Assembly (NCBI GenBank): GCA_019828565.1 | Contig: JAHDYR010000064.1 | Span: 851,162 to 915,161 of the forward strand | Length of the DNA: 64,000 bases | Reading direction: 5' to 3' | From: Carpediemonas membranifera BICM | Lineage: Eukaryota; Protista; Fornicata | In this document: in pieces, positions 55,849 to 64,000 of the stretch | How positions within the stretch are numbered: position 1 is the stretch's first letter | Layout of the letters: each line of letters begins with the position of its first letter | Made by a program: the position numbers and the translations under genes | The notes under the pieces: model-generated | Seen by the model: only the letters and a program-made list of their open reading frames with translations | Database searches by the model: none | What the model was told of the DNA's origin: nothing

Positions 55849-55904
55849 CTGGAACCAATTCTGGAACCATTTGTTCCAGAAAAGGTACCAGAATTGACTG
55901 CATG
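55849..55904 (-). repeat. Right TIR (56 bp)
   Basis: Exact reverse complement of 45058-45113. Confidence 0.95.
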
Positions 55905-58900
55905 ACGTTGGGGGCGTTAGCACCATCACCGTCAGGGTCCAGCTGGTAAGGCTGGGTAGTCCCTTGCATGTTGACCTATCAACTGGCTGGCCCGATACCC
56001 CCAAAGTCGGGATAACCCAGGTCTTACTCTTGGGGGTCCTTCGGGCCCCCGTTCTGCCTGGCACCCGCAAGGCCTTGCCCTGCACACCCGCCACCGGGGC
56101 CTTCTGCTCGGTTTCCCCCTACAGGGCTCCTCTCAGGGATATGTTCTCCATACCATTCGACCCAGTTTGCAATTTTTCAGGCACCCGCCGAAGCGGTTTC
56201 GGGCTTGGCGTTTGCCGTACCACGCAATTGGGCCAGTTATGAAACCCACCGATCATCGCTGGGTAGCTATATGATTCACGGCTGCGTTCGGGCTCTTCCA
56301 CACTTTCCGTTCCGGCATGGATCCCCTCCTCAAGGATTTGTTCCCTATAGGGCTTCTTCCTAGCTTCCGGCTGGTTCCAAGTTTTGGGTGCCGGGCCGTT
56401 CGGCGCAGCTCTGATTTGGTCCAGGTGCCGCCCAGGTGGTATTGTTGCCTTATGGTTACCCTCCTGTTTGGCTGCTGCGCCCCGATACCTCGCACGTACG
56501 TGTATACATGTGCATACGTGCCCCGCCCTATGGCTCTGGGTTATTTCTTATACGTGTGAAGAGTGTGCCGGTTCTGCCGGCTGAATGTTGTCTACGTTCC
56601 CAGTATGGGTGAGCGTTTGTGTGTTAGCGAGATTAGTGTTCGGGGTTGAGTCCCCCTTCCGCGGCTGGGTGCTACCGGGATACGTGGGGCTTGCGTCCCC
56701 CGCTGATCCCAGGAGCGCTCCGCTTCGGTTGAGGCGGGGGGTTGGGTCCCAGTTTGACCCTGGTCCCAGAGGTCATAGGATTCTGGGATGGTGTACTTAC
56801 CCATCTTTTCGGAGGTTCAGAAGGGCACGTCTGCCGTTCTGCAGTCCCTCTCTGACGGTATGGTCCTCGCTGCGGAGGAGCCAGAGCATTTCCAGGATTG
56901 CCCTTGAGTTGTACCACTCCGCCTCCTGCCCTTGCCTTAGGGCGTGGTACTGTGTGCGTAGATGCGCCTCCGCCAGGATGTCATTCCATCCTTCTGGGCG
57001 TTCTACCGCCTTGCATTGGCAGATGATGTGGCTTTTGTGTTCCCAGGGGCTGGTTGTATGCCCATTCTGAGAGGATTTTTGGTGGTTTCCGCCGCGGTTC
57101 TGGTGACAGTGTACAGGCGAGTAAATGGTGTCACCTTCTGAGTCCAGGGTACATAGGGGGGCAACACCGCTTGATCCTGCTCAGGAGGGCCTGGGGCTGG
57201 CCGATCGCGCTCCCAAGTATGGCTCTGCTTCTGCCACTGTTGCTGGGGGAGGGGAGTGTGTTGGATGCAGTCATGATTACTCTCTTGACTTCCCGTCTGG
57301 TTATCATCTCACCCTTGATCATTCCTGGTTTCTTGGGTCTCTTCCCTTGCTGCATGCTGAGGATGACTTCCGGGGCTAGTACTGTTGCCACCCCTTTGTC
57401 CGTTCGGCTCCCCGGTGTGCAGTAGTTCTTCTGCTGTGAGGGTCCAGCCTCCCCTCTTTGCTCTTTCCCTGGCGGGCATCTCCTCCTGTGTGCCCTGGAG
57501 GACGCTCCGTCGCCATTGGTAGAGGCGATGTAAGACCGATCCTCTCTCCGCTGTCGCCCAGTCCAGATTCCCTAGGGGGTCGGACGGTCCGGGTCGTGCG
57601 CAGACTCATAGAGCCTCACCGCTCTCTGCCCCATATCTGCCTCCCAGCACATCCATCCCATTAGTACACGGGCGGCTCCTCCTCCCCCTGGTCCTGTGCC
57701 TGCCATTAGGCCGCGCCAGTTGTTCCAGATGGCTCTTCCCCTGGCGCTTGGCCCCAGATCTCGATCCCGAACTCGATCTTGGGCCAGAGGAATGTTCTGA
57801 GGATGGATTCCGAGGTGGCGGCCGGGGTGGATCCTTTGGTCCACCCTGCTCTCCTTGCCAGGGCTAGGTATTTCCGGGATTGTGACGTCTTCATTTTTGA
57901 TGCATGCTGCCAACGGATTCTTCCCGCTGGCTAGCCAGAGTCCCAGATACCTTGCTGAGTCTGACGCCAGTGTGGGAGTTCCTTGGATGCTGACCGCTGC
58001 AGTTACGTCGGTACTTATCACCACACTTTTTGCCTGGGCTGGTCTGGAGTCCATGGGCTTCAATTACCCTGACCACTGCGTCTGTGCCTTCTTCGGCGAG
58101 CTGCGGGGTCTCGACTGAGATGCTTGTATCATCTACAAACATTGCAATGAGGCAGTTTTTGGGCCTATCGTCCGTTGGAGGGAGGCAGGGGTCCGGGATC
58201 TCTCTATGCCGGAGGTACAGTGCCGCCTGGCTTAGCCAGTTAGCTGTGAAGAGAATGAACAGAGTGGGGGCCACCACACATCCTTGCTTGACCCCCATGT
58301 TTGTTCTGGACCATGTGCTTGCCCCTCGTACCGAGATGTACGTTTCTGTAAGTGTATTTCGGATGGCCCTCGTCAGTCTTGGGTGTACCCCCATGAGCGT
58401 CAACTTGTTCACCAGCAGGTCCCTTGGGACCGTATCATATGCTTTTGCTATGTCAAGTAGGACGCTGGTACGGTTTCCGGACTGGTGGAGTTGGGCTAGG
58501 AGGGCTATGTGATCCACTACAGTTTTCCCTTTCATGAACCCAACTTGCTCTCTGGGGATGAACTTCTCCACCGTCGGCCTGAGGCGCCATTTCAGTATCC
58601 TCCCGTAGGCTCTGTATAGGAGGGGGTGAGGGAGATCGGTCTGTACGAGCTGGGCGTGAGCTTGTCCTTCCCAACCTTGTGGATAGGCGACACCGCTGCA
58701 TACTTCCATGTGGTTGGCATGGTCCCGCTGTCGTATACTTTCGCGAGCAGGACTGTGATTGCCTCGTACGCTGACTCGGGGAGGTCCCTCAGACAATCTC
58801 CAATAATCCCGTCCGGGCCTCCGGCCGAGGACTTCCTTATGGACTTGACCGCCGCTGTCACTTCTTCAAGCGATGGCGGATGGTCCTCCATGTCCGTTTC

Positions 58901-61900
58901 CGGCTCGGTTTCCCAGGTGGGTTCCCAGGTGGGTTCCTTCCCGGAGCTTACCTTCGCGTACTGCTCCTGGAGGGAGTCTGCAATCTCCCTCTGCCTTGCT
59001 AGAATCTTGTTTCCAGCCTTCAGCATCACCGGGAGACCGGCGTGCTGCTTCTCGTTCAGAAGCGGAACACTTGGTTTGCGAGGATCCCTTTTTGTCGTTT
59101 TGTACCCATCACGGGATCCAACCTCAACCTGCTCATTCCAGTCATGTTGGAAGGTCCTCCATGATCTGCTCAGTGCTCCGTTGAGGGACTTTTTGATATC
59201 TTTGGCGGCGGTTTTTGCTCCAGGTGGAGGCTTTTGGCCAGCCGTTCCCATACCTCACTAGGGATACGTTCCTGGTTTTCTACAGCGAATGGGTGCCTTC
59301 TGGAGGTAGCAAACCCGGTGGACAACCATTTCCTTATGAGAGTCTCCATCTCGTCCACTGGTATTTTTGCTGTCTAGTGGTGGCCACTCTTCTAGCTTGG
59401 GCCCTGTTCTCCTGGGTTTTGACCAGCCACGTATCGATCCGTGGGATTTCCAGTCTCTTTGATATCTCTGGTTTCCCTGTCGGGTTGCTATCCCAGGTGA
59501 GCTCTATGGCTTTGTGTGCCGACCCCCAGTGCCCGATTGTGGTCTTGTCTATTACCCTAACAACCGGGTTTTGGATACCCCCTGTTACCGCTGCATAGTC
59601 TATTGTGGACGTTCGGGAGTTAGTCCCGTACGTCGGTGCAGTTGGTGCTATTGGGGTGAGGTTCCATCGCTGGAGGGTCATCGCAGTTGCTTGCCTGAGT
59701 TTCCCTGGCCTCCTGTTCCAGTCCCCGATGATGATGATGTCACACCCCTCATAGTTCGCGACGGTTTTGCTCTAGCATCCGGTCGAACTCCTCAATCTCG
59801 GGTCGTGCACATCCACTATCGGGAGCGTAGATATTGATGACTGCCGTGGCCCTCGATGCTTTGAGGATGCTTACTTGGATTCGTGGGTTCGTCCCGTCGG
59901 ACACGCCTACGTCCCATTCCGCTTTGGAGTGCGGGCTAATCAGTGTGGCCAGTCCCTTTGTGGGTCGCTTGCGCGTTGCCTCTAATGGCTTGACCTCTCC
60001 TGCACAGGCGTACTGGAGATCTACCCAGCAAGGGATGGTGGTATTACCGTACCGCTTGGTTTCCTGGAGGAGGATCGCATCAGTCCTTATCCTCTTGCGG
60101 ATGGATAAAGCTATGGATCCGCTGTAATCGTTTGCGCCCGCTAGGTGCCCTTCGCTGTTTAGCGATATTATTCTCATTCAGGTTGTTCTGACATAAACTG
60201 CGGGAGTTACCCTGCGCGCACTAATCTGCTCTTTGTAGACATTCCCTTTTTGGGCGTACCTTTTGGTGGGTTGCTGAGGCCTCTAACCGAGCAGTCGTTT
60301 CCTTTTGGGCAGGCTTGTGCCTGTATTCCCTTAGTTCCCGGCCTAGGGCATACCATTCCCTTTCACAGTCGGGGCCTCACGATGCTTGTCGGCATTGCTG
60401 CCGGTCTCCGCTTAGCTTCCTTCCTCGCCGCATGGCAGGACCATTACCTAACGAGCTTAGGTGGGAGCGACAGTGGTTGTTGCCCCTCCCAAGGCTGGAG
60501 TTACAGCCTGCCGGACAGGCAGGGCTCTTTTACCTTTTGGTAACCCTGCCCCCGGCCCTGTGGGGGCACAGGGGGTTTGTTGAAAAAGAATGTGTTGCAT
60601 TTTTGCTCCCGCCGGAATGGTTCGCCGGTGTCCATTTGGACTTTAAGGCCCTACTAGTCACAGCCTGGCCATACTTGCTGGTTCATATATACACTTTTTA
60701 GCTCAGACTTATATCACACTACCCTCTCCACCTCTTACTTATGATTGTTTCTACTCTCCTTCCCTTCTCCTCGCCTCTCTTCCTTCTCAGGTCAGACCTG
60801 AAGTTATCCATCTTGGCTGCTAGGGTGAAGCTGAGGGGCTTCGTTGGTCGCCGAGAGTCGGGCCGCGCGGCTGAGTAAGTCCTCGTTCTCTTCGGTTAGA
60901 GACGAGCACTTCTCCGTTGTCTTCCTGAGGTCCTTCCGCATCTCGTCCAACGCAGCTTGGGCTGCTCTCCGGGCTTCCCGTTCTTCCTCCAGCTCCTGGC
61001 TTTTTGGCCTTGAGCTCGTTGATGGTTCTGGCTGCAGCTTCTTCCAGCTGTTGTCTGACCTCTGCTTCTCGCCGGGCCATGGCTTGGTCCAGCAGGGCCG
61101 CTATGCCTCTGCCCAGGTCGGTGTCCTCCTGTCGTGCTCTTTTTGGGCTGCAGGTCCTCTTGGTCCACCTGTCTGACCTGGCGGGTCTTGGCTGATGGGT
61201 TGGGGGGTATGGGGGGGCACAGCTCTTAGTTGGAGGGGGCCCGGGCTCTGTTCGCTCTGTCCTGCTACTTTGCGGTTGTTCAGTGACAATTTGCCCGCGT
61301 GGAGGGGCCATATAGGCCCCCTATGCCGCCATTCGGCAGGTAGACCTCCGTCCTCCCTGTGGAGCATCTTGGCGAGTTCAGTAGCCCTTCGTCTCACCTT
61401 TGTTCGAAGCGCCTGCTTCCTCTCGGTCCTCAGTCTGTTCTTGGCGTTAGTGCTGGCGCCTTCCGGGAAAAACACAGTTCAGCGTGTCCCATGGCTTCCC
61501 CCTTTTGGGTGTTCCACGCCTGAGCCCGCCAGGGCGAGTTTGCCTATCCAGGAGGCGCTCCTCAAGGTGCCCACTCGCCTCTTTCCCTCTTTCTGCTGGT
61601 TCATCCGTGATACCCCCAGTCCCGGGGAGGAACGAGGGAGGAAGTTGATGGAGCCTGTCTCCGGGTCGACACACATGTTGGCCAGGAGTTCTCGATCGTC
61701 GGCTGGGACCTCCGTGAAGTAGTTGAAGATCTTCTTCCTGGCTTCTCTGCCCATGTGGCCTCCAGCTATGTCGAATTTGTGGACGGGCATCAAAGACGCC
61801 GCTTGGGATAGGGTCATCGTTTTTGGTGTCGCTGACGTCTAGAGTAAGCATCTTTTTCCGCGTCTATTTCCGTGGGCTCCCCCTCAGGTTCGCCCAAGGG

Positions 61901-64000
61901 AAACCGTCTTGGACAGCGTGGCGGCGCCCGTTCCACTCCGAGTGGATTTCCAGGAGGATGGGTCGCGCTGGTTCGCCTACTCTCGCGAGCGATTCTGGGT
62001 TTCCGATGATCACGGCTGTTCCTTCCAGGGCTCTGGTGATACCCTTTCCGGAGCTGAAATCGTTTTCCTCCCAGTTGGTCATGATAATCTGGCCCCGTTT
62101 GGGGTTCTTGGTGCCAAAGAGGTTGACTTGTTGGGACAATGGGGTTAGGCGACCGGCCGCCACGGTGCCGAGGCCGTGTCTGGCGTTGACTTTTGGTCGC
62201 CAGGTCCTTGTATTCATCATGGTACGGCGACTCCCTGCCCATGAGCATGCTTCCTAGGGCTGTGAGGTGGGCTTCTACCTGCCCCCAGTCCCAGCCTGGG
62301 TTGTCTCTCATCCAGAACGCTGTTGCTAGTCTGGCGTAGAATATGGGAGACATCTGCTAGGAGCGCAGTGGCAGTGGTGGGAGTGCGTGCTTGTGATAGG
62401 GGCACACCAATTTTGCCTCCGGGCGCTGTTGGTACCTTCTGGTCCAGGTCCGGCCCAGTTCGGACTGGGGTCGGGAGGGAGGCCGGTGAGGCTCTTCTCC
62501 CCACTATTGGGGTAGAACCAGGTCAGCGTGTCGAGGATGTTGGGGAAGATCGTGTTGAGGTCAGTTTCATCCATGAGGCGTAAGCTTAGCCAGGTGCGGA
62601 GGTTCCCGTCTGGGACGAACTTCTCACTGGTCAGGATGCTTCTCTCAGCCTCGACTCCCCTTAGCCACGATGTGGACGTGGGTCTTCTGTGGCCCCCGAG
62701 TCGTCTTCCAGTCTCTTCAGCTCTGTAGCCATCTCGGTGCACCATCGCTTGGCGTGGGGAAGTCTGCTTCGTATCCCTTGGGGGCTTTGCCCGTGGTGAC
62801 GTCGACAAACGTAGCTGGTGGGCAGCCATGGATGTAGTGCGTGGCCCACAGACATTGGTCCAGGGCATCCCACTGTGATGTCTTCCCCAAGCATCCCGTG
62901 CATGTAGTAGAGGATTTGCTCGTTAGCTGGGTCGAAAATCAGTGCCGCCCCTTCGCAAATGATGGCCTCGTCTCCTTGGTTGGATCTGGCTCTTCCTTCC
63001 TCAAAGTCCACCATAGCGATCAACTGCCTGGTGGTGTTGGCTCGTTGGGTGATATTGGAACGAGGCGGGCTAGCTCCCATGCTGGGCCCGCATGTGCCCT
63101 TGTTTGGCGTGGTGGGTGTGTCATCAGGGGCCGGAAGTCCTGCTGCCGCTCGGGCCCAGGGGGTTTCTTCTTCGTTAGTACCCAGGGCTCCATGAGATGC
63201 CCCCGTCCCGTACAGGCTCTATAACTTGGGTCTGCCCGTTGTGAGCCAGTAGTTAGTGATGTTGCGCGTCAGAAAGGAGGCAGACACCAGTTCGCGGGCA
63301 ATCCTCGCGGGTGGGGGAGCCAGAGACGCCTGGTCTTATCCCATGCCGACCAGAGTTCGGGGAAGCCGGGGACTGACCACCGTTGGATGGGGTCTCTGAC
63401 CTCCTCCCTCAGGTCTGCCTCTGCTGCCGAAGGCTCTTCTTCCAGGGGTGGGGGTGGGAAGACTGGCCTCATCACACCCTCGGTTCTGCTGTAGATGAGG
63501 ATCTCCTCGACGGGGCCCTGGGTCCAAAATCTGGATGGGCGTGCCGTCTGGTCTGCGGGAAACCTCCCTCCGGGGGAGTGAGGGGCGTGGTAGCCTTGCC
63601 CTTTGGCTAGTTCCCGGCCTAGATCGGCCCAGAGCTTCTTGTTTTTCGCGTCCTGAGTGAGGGGAGCCCTCTGGCTGCAGCTCCCGCGGAGATGGCGTGT
63701 CCGGCGGCATGGAGGAGCCACATTGCAGCCTCCATCCCGTACTTGGTCTGGATGCCGTTGCCTGAGATCGAAAGAATGTCCTGCAGCTTGCAGCGATGTT
63801 GCCACGAGCTCTAGGAGGAGCGTCCTTGCGACCTTTCCCGTTCGGGCAGTGAAGTCCGTTGCGTCATCTCTGGTGAAGACCATGGCAACGTCCCTTGTGG
63901 GAATAGCCGCATCTGCTGAGGCTCTGATGCAGTCCCATTCGTCCCGGTGTGGCCAGTTGCTTGCCCAGTGGCGTTAACGACTCCTTGATCCCATTTTGGG
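55905..64000 (-). mobile_element. Giant LINE copy 2 (runs off window end); MAEL-like domain at about 62330-63030, ORF2 at about 56797-60177
   Basis: Near-identical reverse complement of about 9931-18001. Confidence 0.95.

Larger units (their letters stand above)
45058..55904. mobile_element. 10,847-bp TIR DNA element, 2-bp TSD (AC), unclassified
   Basis: Perfect 56-bp TIRs; empty site GATACTACGTTGGG is seen in LINE copy 1. Confidence 0.93.

Noticed and set aside
55905-64000. LINE copy 2 as an old decayed pseudogene
   Set aside because: Differences from copy 1 are mostly +/-1 homopolymer indels with few substitutions, typical of sequencing error.

Overview
Eukaryotic (probably protist) DNA made almost entirely of nested mobile elements, with two tRNA genes and no recognisable host protein gene. 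It holds: (1) five Ty3/Gypsy families (four with a visible chromodomain) plus a solo LTR; the delimited LTRs are only 61-120 bp, and one family forms a three-LTR tandem with an ATATC TSD. (2) Four PAT/DIRS-like tyrosine-recombinase (YR) retrotransposons, one complete with split direct repeats, arranged antisense around tRNA-Asn and tRNA-Ala. (3) Two near-identical copies of a 10.8-kb APE-RT LINE (23-bp TSD, (TTTC)n tail). Its giant ORF1 carries a Maelstrom/arenavirus-NP-like DEDDh+ECHC nuclease domain, a candidate transposon-encoded anti-silencing RNase. (4) A CRE-like RT+REL element inserted in the 5' end of the tRNA-Ala gene with a 15-bp TSD that regenerates the tRNA. (5) A 10,847-bp DNA element with perfect 56-bp TIRs and a 2-bp TSD, no visible DDE transposase, an OTU-like protease gene, a degenerate YR-like gene, satellites and paired hairpins. 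Many frameshifts sit in homopolymers and differ between copies, so they are probably long-read errors. All protein calls are by-eye motif recognition; no searches were run.
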